Notes: generated by a model not told the origin, from the sequence alone. DNA of 64,000 nt from Octopus bimaculoides (GCF_001194135.2 NC_068990.1:87472666-87536665); one strand, 5' to 3'; counted from the first letter of the stretch, positions 12,033 to 25,975 are shown. Numbers and translations: made by a program.

Positions 12033-12899
12033 TATTATCATTATCATTATCATCATCATTATATAAAAAACGATTTAGAGCTATTGCTTGACTATTCATC
12101 ATTTGATGAAAGTCATTTAAACTACTTTCTCTTTTCCGTTTGATGTCATTGTCAAGATGGATATGATACATCGATTAATGTTCATACATCATAATGTTCG
12201 TCATCCTAATGACAATATCCATTATGTTCGCTTTTACTTTTGTTTATTCATACTTTAAGTTATATTCTATAAAAGCGTAGCAGATTCAAGATCTTGGATA
12301 CTGGAATGATATACAATTAAGCTTGTTTGCCCATATTAGTTATATGAAGAGCAGTGTATATATATATATATATATATATATCACTCTTGACATACTTGTA
12401 CTCAAGATGGCGGCAGGCATTGGTATTGTTATCGTTTTTGTTGTTGATGATGTTGGCTATTATTTTTTCAATAGATTTATTTTTAATTGCTGCTTTCATT
12501 GATCAAGCAAACTTTTTTTTTGTACTAAGATTTCTGATATATGTACAACGCATTGTGCTGCTATTTTCTTTATGTATTTTATACGAGTAACCTCCGAGTA
12601 TTGGATAATGTATTCCACTGAATTATTCCCTATCATTTTCAAAGCTTTTATTATTCTAGCTATTATTCTATTATTCTATTATTCTAGCTATAATGTCTGT
12701 TTAGTATCCATATTCTGGTTGTCTTCATTTCCAGATTTGAGAACAGCAGTTCGACGAGAGCTTGTGCTCTTGATCATTAGGACGATTCTGGATCTGGGGG
12801 ATTCTTTGATTGGACCTCGGTTAGAGGTTTTCCTGTATTAAGAGAACAGCATCACACATGTGTTTACATATTTTGCATACTATGTATACTTATTAGCAC

Positions 12900-13180
12900 A
12901 TTTCCAACTTCTCTTTTCTTCATGTCAAGAATGATGAATGAATTCTTTAAGGATGACGAACGAGACACTCGTGTTTCCAAGGATGACTTATTCAAACCCC
13001 AAAGAATCCTTCTCACCACATAACTATGAATCTCCCCAACTACTCCTGCTTATGATCAGAGATGCATATATTGTCAGACAGCAAAGGACATGCTCTCCTG
13101 GTTAAGATCAAGCAACTAACAAACGATTCTGTAGTATTGAGCAGAATATTTGCTGTTGCCCATCTTTTATACAAAAACAA
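12900..13180 (+). repeat. Dispersed repeat, copy 2
   Basis: Same blocks as 11330-11575. Confidence 0.75.
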
Positions 13181-13259
13181 AACATGTATATGTTAACACT
13201 TCCAATCAGTTAAGACAAGAAGCCATGAAAGCCACTGCTTGATACGGCGTCAGGGCATT

Positions 13260-13291
<32 letters not shown>

Positions 13292-13389
13292 TATCATCAT
13301 CATCATCATCATCGTTATTATCATTATTATTATTATTATTATGTTGTTTTTTTTCTTCTTTCTTCAAATTTTCTTCCATTTCTCGCCGA

Positions 13390-13442
<53 letters not shown>

Positions 13443-14344
13443 TCTTATTATCATTATTTTATTTATGGTTTGACAAATGCATCAATAGTTTGCGCTTCTG
13501 TTCTTAAAATAAGAATTGAATATATCTTAACAAATGTATCCGATGTTCAAGTTTAAAAAAAGAAGTTAAAGCTCAATAAATGCTGCGTAAAAATGCCTTA
13601 ACGTGCCCTATCTTAATAGGTAATCTGCCAATATGTTTAAACAAGTTATTGGTAATCATTCTAGTTTTCTAATTACATTCCGTTAGTGCGAAAATGTTTT
13701 TAGTTCAACAACTTGATCAATAAGTCCCTAAAATTCTCAATTGTTTTCTGTACAATATTATGCATTGCTATGTCGATAATTAGTTTATGATTGTCATTTT
13801 AATCATGGAAAATTAAATGGAAGTCTATTACGAACTAAATGGTGCCTTGTCGGTATGCTGATGTTCCAAAGCGTTTTCAGACTTACTTTCTAAGACCTAC
13901 ACATACTAACAGCTTGTGGGGTCAGATGTTTGATGAAAATGCTCTAAGAACCTTATCATGGAAAAAAAGTCAGAAAATATTGAAACTTTTATCCAAATAA
14001 GCTGCCGATTTCAATCACTTTAAGAGAGCGATGTAGCAATGCTGACAATGTATTGACATAAATTAAATGAAATTAATCTTTCATAATATAAGTTTTGGAA
14101 GTTCACATGTTTTTTTCATTCAGGAAATCAAACAGAACTGGTTTTTCGTTCCCTTCTGACTGTTGCTGAGTAACCTCGTGGCTGCTAATGAGAATTACAC
14201 AGATACAGCTGTCTGAAGCAGGAGCGGGAGTGGGATTATCAGTGGCTGTAGATGTCGGTCTAACTAGTAAGAATTGTAGTAATATTTAGCAAACGTTGCA
14301 GTAGTGTTGGTGGGGGGGGGGAGGCTGCCCCCCTTTTCTCTGCT

Positions 14345-14715
14345 ACAAGTATTCAAAGGTGTTTGGATATTGGTTATGAAAGTCATCTCATTGTTGCTGC
14401 CTTGTTGCCTAAGTATGTAATCTCTCAGATGGTATAAAAGAAAAATCGCAATCTTTGTTCTTTTTCTTACCGGCACGCGCATCTATATGTTTATTGATGC
14501 TTGTTTATCTGTATTCTCGTATTTTAAGTTGCATTGTTGTAAGGAACCTTTCTGTCTGTCAAATGTTACGTTCTTCACACCTCGAGCATATGCTTGCATC
14601 GATTAAGTCTTCAGATACACAGGTGAAGTTATGCATTATTATCAAGAGATGCTTTTGTGTGAAGTTTTGAAACGATTCTCTGATCCTATGAAGATTAAAA
14701 TAGATGTCACAGCAG
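14345..14715 (-). mobile_element. Decayed Penelope-like element, GIY-YIG endonuclease remnant
   Basis: HNFTCVSEDLIDASICSRCEERNI*QT and IFLLYHL..EMTFITNIQTPLN align by eye to the GIY-YIG region of the better-preserved copy at 46696 (NMNCKSRNLIYCIKCPNCEELYVSQT..IFPFHKL..EKDFINKFKPKFN). Confidence 0.6.
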
Positions 14716-14936
14716 GCATATATATATATATATATATANNNNNNNNNNNNNNNNNNNNNNNNNNNNNNNNNNNNNNNNNNNNNNNNNNTAAGTGCATATA
14801 TATATGTAAGTGCATATAATATACACACACATATATATATATATACATGCATGTATACATTCATACATGCATTAACTTCCGGTCAGCCATTGTTATGATC
14901 GGCCATTATTATGATTGACCGTTGACTGAACACTAT

Positions 14937-14973
14937 TCTTTCTGTTGAAGAGCGTAGCTCGAAACGTCAAAGA
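14937..14973 (+). ncRNA. Minimal (Penelope-type) hammerhead ribozyme fold with a core substitution
   Basis: TCTTT-CTGTTGA-A-GAGC-GTA-GCTC-GAAA-CGTC-AAAGA: stem I TCTTT/AAAGA, CUGANGA box with A6>U, stem II GAGC/GCTC, GAAA box, palindromic ACGU in place of stem III, and a GUC cleavage triplet. Lies next to a Penelope GIY-YIG remnant. Confidence 0.65.
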
Positions 14974-15673
14974 CTTTCCGTATTCCCGAGCGTCATACTA
15001 ATATATACTTTTGTTATTTACACCACCTGTCCTCGTCTGTTGTTATTATTTGTATATTCTCCCATATATATATATATATGTTACATTAAAAACACGACTA
15101 TGTTTTAGTTTTGTAATTTTTATTATAAAATTTTTCATATTACCTGACAAGATTTCGCAGTTTGGAACAATAATGTTCTTAAATCCATAATGAAGATTTA
15201 TAGACTCTGTCAGTTTTATCACCAGGATATAAATTACATTCAGCTTCTGTACTACCTCTTTTATAGTGGTCAAGTATATGTAACATTTACCTCCAAAATC
15301 TTGAACGTTGGGCTTCTACATCAGAATTCATGTATTAATTTCGTGTTACAGAAGTAGGCCACTGTACATATTTGCCGTTCAATCAATTTGCTTCTGGCTT
15401 CTGACGTACATTTTTCGTCTTTTACTATTGTATTGTGCCATTTTATATTTGTATCTATGGCAACGACATTTTTTAAATTCATATTTTATCAAATATATCT
15501 TTCATCTTTGAAGTCGATAAAATAAATTGTCAATCAGTTACTGTTGTCGATATAATCAACTATTCCTTCTCCTATATCTCAGGTCTTGTATCCCTGTTAC
15601 AAGTCATCATCATCTTCATTATCTTCATCCTTATCATCAACCTCATTATCCTTTTTTTAATAATAATAATAAC

Positions 15674-15713
<40 letters not shown>

Positions 15714-15723
15714 GTAATAAAGG

Positions 15724-16052
15724 TCTCAAATTTTGCCACAAATTGACAGCAATTTTGGGGGAGGGGATGAGTTGATTAAATTCAACTGGTACTTATTTTA
15801 TCGACCCCGAATGGATGAAAAGTCGACCTCAGCTGAATTTGAACTCAGAACGTAGCCGCAGACGAAATATCGCTAGACGAAATACCTAGCCGTATTTCGT
15901 CGGCCGCTACGTTCTGAGTTCAAATTCTGCTGAGGTCAACTCTGTCTTTCATCCTTTCGGGGTCGATAAATTAAGCACCAGTGAAAAAGTGGGGTCGATA
16001 TAATCGACTTAATCCCCTCCCACAAGCTGCCCTTGTGACAAAAATTTGAAAT
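15724..16052. mobile_element. Head-to-head inverted pair of 5'-truncated family A SINEs (fold-back)
   Basis: The left arm is the reverse complement of the right arm over about 150 nt, centred near 15880. Confidence 0.85.
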
Positions 16053-16271
16053 CATTATTATTATTATAAATTTTATCGTTGTTGTTGCAATTGTTGACAG
16101 AATCGTTAGAGTATCGGAAAAATTCCTCCTTACGCTATAAGTTAAAATCCCGCTGCTGGGGTTAATTAGCAGTGAAATCGGGGATCAATTTAATCGATTA
16201 ACCATTCCCTCAAGTTTCAAACTTTGTATCTCTATTAGAAACAATAAATACTATTTGTGTTACACTTGTAA

Positions 16272-16945
16272 TTATTTAGATTTTCTAAGGCTGTGAGCTG
16301 GCTGAACCGTTAGCACGTCGGGTGAAATGCTTACAGGTATATCACCCGTCGCTGCGTTCTGAGTTCAAATTCCGCCGAGGTCAACTTTGCTTTTCATCCT
16401 TTTGGAGTCGATTAAATAAGTACTAGTTACGCACTAGGGTCGATGTAATCGACTTAGCTCCTCCCCGCAAATTTCAGGCCTTGTGCCTATAATAGAAAGG
16501 ATTATTTCGGTTTTCTAAGGCGGCGGGCTGGTATTTCCTCTGTCGTTAGATTCTCTGTTCAAATTCGGGCGAAGCCGTCTTAGCCTTTTATCCTTTCGGG
16601 GTCGATGAAATAAGTACCAGTCGAACACTGGGGTCGGTGATATCAACATACCACTTCCCCTAGAATTCTTCACTTTGTGCCAAAACTTGAAACCATTATT
16701 TAGGTTTTCCAAGGCAGCGAGCCGGTAGAACCGTTAACACCCCGGATAAAATGCTTCGTGACATTACGTCTGTCTTAACTCTCTGAGTTCAAATTCCATC
16801 GAGGTCGACCTTGTCTTTCTTTCTTTCGGGGTCGACAAAATAAGTACCAAGCATGTAGTGGGGTTGATATAATTGAGCATCCCCCATCCCAAGATTTCAG
16901 GACTTGTGCCTATAGTAGAAAGGATCATCTGGGGTTTCTGAGAAG
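16272..16945 (+). mobile_element. Tandem array of three full family A SINE units with a shared linker
   Basis: Linker ttatttaggttttctaag-like sequence at 16272, 16502, 16696 and 16925; the first three are each followed by a SINE body. Confidence 0.85.
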
Positions 16946-17380
16946 TAGTGAACCTTTCCTATCTTACATGTAATATAATAAATGACATCTTTAAAAATAT
17001 GTACACAAACACCTAAATTGAACAAATGCTTTCTCAGAGGCTTTAACAACATTTATAGATACGGGAATTACTAAGTTCTAATTTTGTTGTCTATAAAGGG
17101 TATTCTGTGTATCATTGCAGTTATACCCATTCCAGACGGGGTGGATATATATTAATGTGTTTACTACAATATTGTCAGTCAGTGTAATTCCTTCCATTTT
17201 TCAGTATACTTCCGCATAACAGTAAAAGTATTGTTAATTGTCGAAACGCTATTTGTATTAAGATAGAAAATGTTCGTTTCGAGATAGTCTTATAATTTCT
17301 AACGTATAATAAAATCCTTTTTTAATTTTCCTATATCAATATCTGTGAATGTGAGCAGACTTCTCTCTCTCTCTCACTCG

Positions 17381-17446
<66 letters not shown>

Positions 17447-18085
17447 TCATCATTAATAGAACATGCACGCGCACATATTTAATATTAGCGATATATTATT
17501 AAGGATAGAAAAATAAGTCAGAAGATAGTAGTTATATATTTCTTTCTTTATTCATTTATATACATATATACAAATTTTAGGTTTTCTTCAGGAAACGATA
17601 GAAAACTGCTTATCATTTTTCTTCAGTTTCTGTGTCTTGTGCTGGAAGGCCAATCTTTGTATATATATTTGTGGAAAACGAAGAAAATTCACTCCATGGC
17701 GTGTGAAAAATTCCCGCTCTGCCAAATCGTTGAGGTGACATTAAGATAACTTTCTGTCTTTCGTTTGAACGATAAGGACAGGCAATGATTTAGTGGACAA
17801 CACAAATTAGGTCAATTTGGCATTGGTCAGTAGCTTTCAGGAGAGTCTCTGTCGTGTCTTATCCGATACCATTAGTGCTAGTAAAACGTATCTCACTGTG
17901 ATATTGGGATATCGTACTTAATGCTCCTTAGTGCTTGTATAGAATTTTTCTCATAATTAAAATTACTAGTAATCCATATTTTATAGGCGAGCTTTGGTCA
18001 CGACTTCCAGGTTAATGTATACATACATACATACATATATATATATATATACATATATATATGCATATATATATATGTATACATA

Positions 18086-18134
<49 letters not shown>

Positions 18135-18419
18135 GACTCACAGTTGTCTAATACTTCTGCCCATTCACCATGAATTGGCGTTTGGACACTCTTGCATTTC
18201 CATATTTCTCTTTCTCCGTCCTATTCTCCCTATGTTTATACTATTTGGGGGAAGAAGAATGAATACTTGAAATGTTCAAGATATCTAACACTCACCCACC
18301 TGCCATCATTTCTTGAACGTTAAACTTTTACCAATTCTATGTTTATCTTTTACTTCTTTACTCGTCCTTGCATTCTAATTTTCGTAACATATATATATAT
18401 ATAACAACAAAAATCTAAA

Positions 18420-18860
18420 TTTTGGACATAGTCATAGTTCTGTGTATATTGGCATGGGTGATTCATATTACATGGGAGTGAATGTTCCGCAGGCCGTAAT
18501 AGAAGGAAGTACGGTGTCACTCGTACGAAAGACGGCATTGCGATAAATATGGAGAAAGAAACCTATTATTGACAACATACGTACCTATCGACACAAGGAA
18601 TATTGGTGAAACATTTCCATCATAACTTCCGGCAAATGCAGACATAACGAGCCTGATATGATTGTTTGAGACAGAAAAGAAAAATTATGTACAATGTCAG
18701 CTTTCCTGCATATGCGAATATTTCTTCCAAAATCAGTTAGAATGTGAATATTTACAGAGAAATGCTTCGAAACTTGCAGTTTCTTTTCTCTGATTATAAA
18801 TTAGTTTATACCTATTACTGGTGCACTAGGTTACTTTAATAAGTATATAAGTTGCCATCA
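18420..18860 (+). mobile_element. RLE-type non-LTR retrotransposon fragment (second family)
   Basis: RHKEYW*NISIITSGKCRHNEPDMIV*DRKEKLCT and YREMLRNLQFLFSDYKL..ITGALGY correspond to the HNxPDIVIWD and LRNLQLLYPDY..GALG restriction-like endonuclease motifs. Confidence 0.55.
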
Positions 18861-19222
18861 TTCCAAGCTAGGCTTGTAAAACATGGTAAACAGCTAACGC
18901 GCACTGTTGGCAGCGCAGTTGAAATAGGGAATATTTTTGTAAAATTCAACATGTAAAATTCATCGTTTTTCTTATTGAAATTGCTGTGGTCAATCTTGCT
19001 TCTTTCTATGAGTTCAGCTCTTTCCTTATAGGGAAATTTCAAAGAGTTATAAAAAATGTAAGGTAAGAAACGTATAATACATACATACATACACACGCAC
19101 ATGCATACACACGTACGTATGTATATTCATATTTACATATACACAGTAACGGCTTCATAGACTTTTCCTACAATCACACATAGACATATTGTGAATGTGT
19201 TCACACACACTCACATATACGC

Positions 19223-19255
<33 letters not shown>

Positions 19256-19282
19256 TGTATGTATGTATGTATGTATGTATGT

Positions 19283-19348
<66 letters not shown>

Positions 19349-19565
19349 GCATATATATATATGATGTACATATGTATATATAAATATTTTAACTTTATAA
19401 GCTAAAGGGCAAAAGTAAGCAGATAAATAAATCATTACCTTCAAATTGCAGAAAGGTCAAAATATAGTGACAAAAATATGTGAAAAAAAAAAAAATGTAG
19501 AAGAGAATGAATGGTTTTATAAATTTTATATTCTCAAATTTGAATGCTTAATATAATTTACTCAC

Positions 19566-19661
19566 CTTGTAGAAATCCAGCGAATTTGCACATAGCTTCT
19601 CCAAACATCCAAACTTTATATATACTTTGGCTTACTGCTATAGGTATACACACTACAGTGA
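19566..19661 (-). CDS. Class A peptide GPCR, coding exon 2 (TM2 end, ECL1, start of TM3)
   Basis: Acceptor ttttatttatttccAG| and donor G|GTGAGT; 96 nt, phase 1/1. Joins to give ADLAVTVVCIPIAVSQSIYKVWMFGEAMCKFAGFLQG, containing the ECL1 WxFG motif and the TM3 cysteine. Confidence 0.93.
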
Positions 19662-19772
19662 CTGGAAATAAATAAAAGTGACACTGACATAATTTCTTGA
19701 CATATATGTATGTATGTATGTGTGTGCTGTGTCTGTGTGTGCTGTGTCTGTGTGTGTTCAAATACATACGCT

Positions 19773-19844
<72 letters not shown>

Positions 19845-20084
19845 CATACATGAACACTCGCACAATAGACAAATGCTCATAACCCATACAAATGTACAAA
19901 AAATATGTACTCAATAAGTCATGTAAAGAATATATTCGCGATTTTGTCGATAATGATCCTCACGTACATTGCTCAGAGTTCTCATGACATGTAGAGACAT
20001 AAATGATGTAATTGCTAAATTACAAAGATATAAACACACCGAGATTATTATTATTATTATTATTATTATGATTGTTATTGTTAT

Positions 20085-20275
20085 TCAAGGCGGCGAGCTG
20101 GCAGAATCATCAGCGCGCTGGACGAAATGCGAAGTAGTATTTCGCTCGTCGCTACGTTCCGAGTTCAAATTTTTTCCTGGAAGATTGAGGTTGATGTAAT
20201 CGACTCATCCCCTCCTCCTCCTAATAATGCCTACCCTTGTGGCAAAATCCGAAACCATTATTATTATTGTTGTTG
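20085..20275 (+). mobile_element. SINE family A copy with internal deletion
   Basis: aaggcggcgagctggcagaatc..gaaatgcg..gctacgttccgagttcaaatt, then gatgtaatcgactc. Confidence 0.7.
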
Positions 20276-21479
20276 TTGTTGTTGTCGTTGTTATTCATAC
20301 TTGGAGCCCACGATTGAAACAAACTGGTGAGTTTTCTCCAAATTTGCTCTTCTTTTGCCATTTGCGTCTTCTGAAGTTGTAACTATTGTTTTGCGGATGT
20401 ATCGAGGTTTCCACTGAAGAATTTTTGCTGCTGAAATGCCCGTTCCGAAAATTCTTTTTCGGTTATACATTCTTAATCGGATTTTTTCATAAGATGGCCA
20501 GCAGAAGCGTGGTCGTAGGAGAAAATGTTTAAATAAGGGAGGAGTCGTAGGAGAAAATGTATTAAGTCCCTCATGCTTAAACGAGGGATGCACAAAATAC
20601 CTTGCGGTAGTTAGTTCCAGCTCTTTACATTCTGTAACCATATCTCTCAGAGATATATAAATGTATATCATTTGATTATGACAATAGTGAGAGTAGTTGA
20701 AGTGGCTGTAATACATGCGAGTGCAAGGAGGGGCAAAATTTTAGAGGGCACATGAGGAGTGTAAAGAAAGGATAAGGACTACAGAGTTAAAATGAAAGGT
20801 AGGGAGGGTGAAGAAAGGTAGAAAGAAATGTAGGAGGTTAGAGAGAAGGAAAAGGAAAAACTAGAAGAGAAAGGGGAATAAAAAGAAGAAAAAGTGAGTA
20901 CGAAATGAAGTGAGGGTTGAAGGAATAAGTGAAGGAGAAAAAAAAAAGAAAACAATGAAAGAGGAGAAAGAATGAATGAAGGGAAGCTATGCATGAAGGA
21001 AACAACATTTTAACAGAGATGGTAAAGAAATGGAGTAAGCAGAAAATGAGAAAAAGAGAGAGACAGAGACGGAAAGACGAACAATGTAAAACTGTGATAA
21101 ATTTAGCTGCATCAAAATACTGCATTCATTGATGGTGAAGGGAAGGAGGGAGTAGGGAAGTGAGGTCAGTTAACATAGGAAAGGGAAGGGTGGTAGTTGA
21201 TTGAAGAAAAGCAGACTTTAAACAGAGAGGGAAATGTGGAGTGATAGATAATATATAAGGTGTGTGGGAGGATAAAGGATAAAGCGGACGTATGAGGGGC
21301 TGGCACCGTAGGGGTAAGGTGGAGTATGCAGATAACTACAGTAAAAATATTTAGTTAATAAACAGATAAATAAATAGGTTTGTTAAAATTAGAAGCAAAA
21401 TATTCTGCACAAAAATAAATAAATAAATAGTTAGGTCAAAATTGATGACGGAATTAATGGTATTTCGGTGTGTGCACGA

Positions 21480-21830
21480 GTCCATTTTATCAAGGACCTT
21501 TATGTGACCTGTGTTCTAATTTATCAACTCCAGAAGAGGAGAAAGCAAAGTTTAACTCCAGAGGGATCCGAAATTAGATGAGAAGAAGCCAGGGCGTTAT
21601 GTTCGGCATTTCAACGATTAAACCACAACGAAATGAGAAAATTAATAATAAATATTGGCTTCAAATTTCGGCATAAGACCAGCATGTTCCGAGCGAGAAC
21701 AGGGAATTAAGGCGACTACATCGACCCTAAGTTGCTCGACTGGTACATTTGAACTCGGCGGCATTTGAACTCAGAGCTTAGTATTTTACTCAGCATGCTT
21801 GCGATTCTGCCAGCTCGCCGCCTTAATCTC
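21480..21830 (-). mobile_element. Two degenerate family A SINE copies
   Basis: Reverse complement of the SINE blocks (gaactcggcggcatttgaactcagag..gattctgccagctcgccgcctta). Confidence 0.6.
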
Positions 21831-22512
21831 AACTTAAATATACTACAAATATTTTAAACTTTGCTTATTTTCACGCATCAGCCAGTTCGAGCCAAGAACT
21901 GAACTTATAGAAATCTGATTCAGTACGAATATTTACCGTTCAACATGCCATATCTAGAGCTTTATACCTACCACACTAATACACTTCTACTTCTTCGTCT
22001 TTCTTTTCTTCTTCCCTCTTTTTCAATTCGTTTTATCTACTCAAATATTGTTGTAATATCTAAACGGATTACCGCTGAAAATAATTCTACATTAAATCAA
22101 ATTCTGTTAATTATACAGACTTTGCCTACATGAAATTTATCGCGCTCAATCCAAAAGATAGACACATCCATATCAATGTTATTAATAACAATAAAGCTCA
22201 TAGTTTGACGATGGCTCTAAACGGTGAAACCTCAGAATCTCTCTATTCTATGAAAAATAATCCCATAACCTACATTTATATTGAGTATTTCATCAGATAA
22301 GACTTGGTTGTCTTCATGTACAATCAGATATAAAATGTATACATTTNNNNNNNNNNNNNNNNNNNNNNNNNNNNNNNNNNNNNNNNNNNNNNNNNNNNNN
22401 NNNNNNNNNNNNNNNNNNNNNNNNNNNNNNNNNNNNNNNNNNNNNNNNNNNNNNNNNNNNNNNNNNNNNNNNNNNNNNNNNNNNNNNNNNNNNNNTATAT
22501 ATTAGTATATTA

Positions 22513-22548
<36 letters not shown>

Positions 22549-22740
22549 GTATGTATGAATGTATGTATGTACATATATAAATGTATATACACACACCCAC
22601 AAGCTTATCTATAAGTCTTGGTGGTCCAAATCAGAGGTGCAATCTATGTGGGTGTCTTTTCAGAACATTGACTGGTTTAAAAAGCCACATCAGATACCAT
22701 GATGGTGCTAAAGTGTAGGTACAGGAGGTGGTCAACCACC

Positions 22741-22786
<46 letters not shown>

Positions 22787-23830
22787 ATGTATGTTTGTAC
22801 GTATGCGTGTGTGTGATAGGTACACGCAGGCATCACTCACACGTACACACATACATGTATTTAACTGTTTGATGTAGATGAGACTTGTAACTTACAATCA
22901 CTTTTGTGTATAATATAGAAGGTTAGTGTGGGATCAATAGGATGCCGAAAGGGAAATTAACAGGTGTTGAATACGTGAAATTTATACTTGTACACAGGTA
23001 TAAACTCTGTCTTCACTGGGCTGGAAGGGCCGCTGATATTACATACATCCAACCATAAAGGCTTTCTCTCTCTCTCTCTCTCTCTCCCTCTCGCTCACTC
23101 TTTCTATCTCACGCTCACACACATTTTTAATTAGCATTTCCGTTAGAAAAGGTGGGAATCTCAATAATTAATGTCAGATACCGAATATGTCAAGTGGAGA
23201 GTAAATTAATTTATTCAATGATGACTCTTACAAGACTGTAATGCTGCAAACTTGGTGTGTGTGTGTGTGTGTACGAAGTCGAACCCGGCGTATTTGAACT
23301 CAGGATGTCAAGACGGATGAAATGCCGTTATGTATGCTCTCCGGCATGCTAACGATTCTGCGAGCTTGCCGTCTTGATAATATCTTAGTAAAACAGAGTT
23401 TTAATGAAACGTTGAAGAGATACGATTTGGGATGAGTGGATTGTCATTATGATGACAAATTGATTCCTATTTTGTTCTGAAAGAAAATAATTCCGTATCC
23501 ATTTGATCATTCTTTGACCATCTTTTGCGAAACATTAAAAAAGTCTATGACATTATCCCGATTGACATTATTCGTTATAAAAATGAATGTAAAAAGTACG
23601 ATGAAAAATTTCCGAGTTTTTGTGTAGCCTACAGATCGCAAATATTTTTGATATGTTGAAATATTCTGAAATATTCTGAAATGTGAGCTGAGTTGTATAT
23701 CTTGTAAGTTCATTACGTTTTTGTGTCAAGCTGTTGAATGAATGGAGATTTACACCTCTTTGCTTTTTTGAACCCCAAGATTATTCTAAAAAAATAACTT
23801 TATGAATAGAATCATGGTATGTGAAATGTA

Positions 23831-23939
<109 letters not shown>

Positions 23940-25975
23940 TACAATGGCTGGCCGAAGCCGAAAAAGGTAAGCACAATGAAAAATTTAGCAACGAAATGAA
24001 GGCCTGCGTGAGCGTGGGTGATAAGCTCTCTGAACACATGTTGCAAGAGTCACCCATTGTTGTCACATCTGTGCAAAAGAGTGTCGGTGTGTCTCTAGTA
24101 GGACTGAAACGTCACATCCATGCTGTTCGTGTTGAAGAGAATAATCAAACATTGGCATTGATCAAAATCGAGTCGCAGCCATCAAGTGTGAGTGCTTCTG
24201 GACACGTTTATATCTATTAGGCACTTTAATTTTAATGCACAAATGGAATACTTTATAAACATGTTTGTGTGTATGCTTGTATTTGAGTTTGGTGCATATG
24301 CTCTACTATTGCGATTTGAAAGATATAGAAAATATAGCTGTAGTTGCTGTTTAAATTGATTAAAATACGAGTAGAAGCTATGCCAGCTGTGACCATTCCA
24401 GTTTTAGCTGTGAAACCATATCTGGAATTGCGTTGTTAAAGGTCAATTTGCACGTAAATTCGTCTCATTATCCATTTGAGATAGTTCCCTTATCTCAGGC
24501 AGAAATCTGTCTACAATTGTCCCTTGTCTGGAAGCAAAGATCAAACTCCCCTTCTAAGAATGTAAATCAACTTTAAGATTACTTTCTGACAATACCTCTT
24601 TGTCTTTAAGAGTTGCTAATAATTACAAGAAACTCCAATTAATTAATTAATTAATTAATTAATTAATTTAGAACCACCTGCATACGGCATACAACATATC
24701 GCCTATTTAACTTAATCATCAAATTATATACCATTGGTTTATTTGAGTTATTTTATTTAGCTCATAATTTCAATTAAACATTATTAAGCATGCCCCCCCT
24801 CTCTCTCAATAAAATAGACATATGATATGGAACAGACTTAGCTACTATTTGTTGCAGGATGAGTGACTGCTTAGAATTTCTCTCACTGGCTCTGCGAATC
24901 TAGCAGACAATAATTCTTTAGTTAATTGGCTTGTTTCATCCATCAGAGCTAAGACCACAGAGAAGCATTGCATTCAAAAGGTTGTGTCTCGGACCTTAAT
25001 TCACATTAGGCATTTGACAATCTAACAAAGCTTTACTGCATGTTGTTAACAGCAATTAATTTCAAGAAAACGTCATATGTAAAGATAAATAAATAAATAT
25101 ATATAAATAAAAGAAGCAGGTAATATGGTAATTATGCTGTCTAGACGGATACTCATTATTCTGGTCGTCTTTAGTTCAGTCTGTTGAATTTCTTGATTAA
25201 AAATAGTCAGATTCTTTAAATCAAGACACTCCAGGAGCTTATATGGACATATTTTGTTGGATTCTATTTTTCTATATTTTATTTTTTCGTTTCGTTTTTG
25301 TTTTAATGGCTGAGTCAGAAAAGAATGATTCGTGTTTTTAACACTTTCCTCGACCTCTGAAACGTGACAGAAGGTGGCGAGGAAGTTATCTCCAAACCGG
25401 AATCGTATTCCGAAAACTTACAAGACAGTGGACTCCGCTAAATGCATCCAGTACTCAGGAGTTGCGTTAAACCGGGGGACTTTGTGTACCCTCTTTAACT
25501 GTTCCCAAGCACATTGTTTATATTCCTACTCACATTCTTTAGGATTTGTTGAAAAGAGATGCACCAAGTTCTCGGTAAACTATTTCAGTATTAATATACT
25601 AATTTTACAATATGAATTATTGTCGTCGGGTCTTGAACGTCGGTTTAAGAGTGTAAGCGAGAATTCATGTAGAGACTTTTGCGCTGTGAAGAACATACGA
25701 AATACATATGTATCGGACAATCAGTTTTGAAATTTAAAGTAATGTGGAAACATTGATTTAAAAAAAAAAAATGTTTGCATGGATTTCTTTTAAGCCACAC
25801 CTTGCAAATCATTTATTACGTCTTTTCTAAAAATGGAAGATTCGTTTCCGACTTTTAATTTCTGAATATCAGCTTCAGGTTCGGCATACTATTTATTTCT
25901 TGGTTAAAATGAATTTTTTAATTCATTTTTTATTAAATCACAAAGTGATTAGGATTAAGTGATCGACAACTGCAG

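Noticed and set aside
24085-24120. Second hammerhead candidate (GAAACGTC at 24106)
   Set aside because: There is no CUGANGA-like box or stem II upstream.
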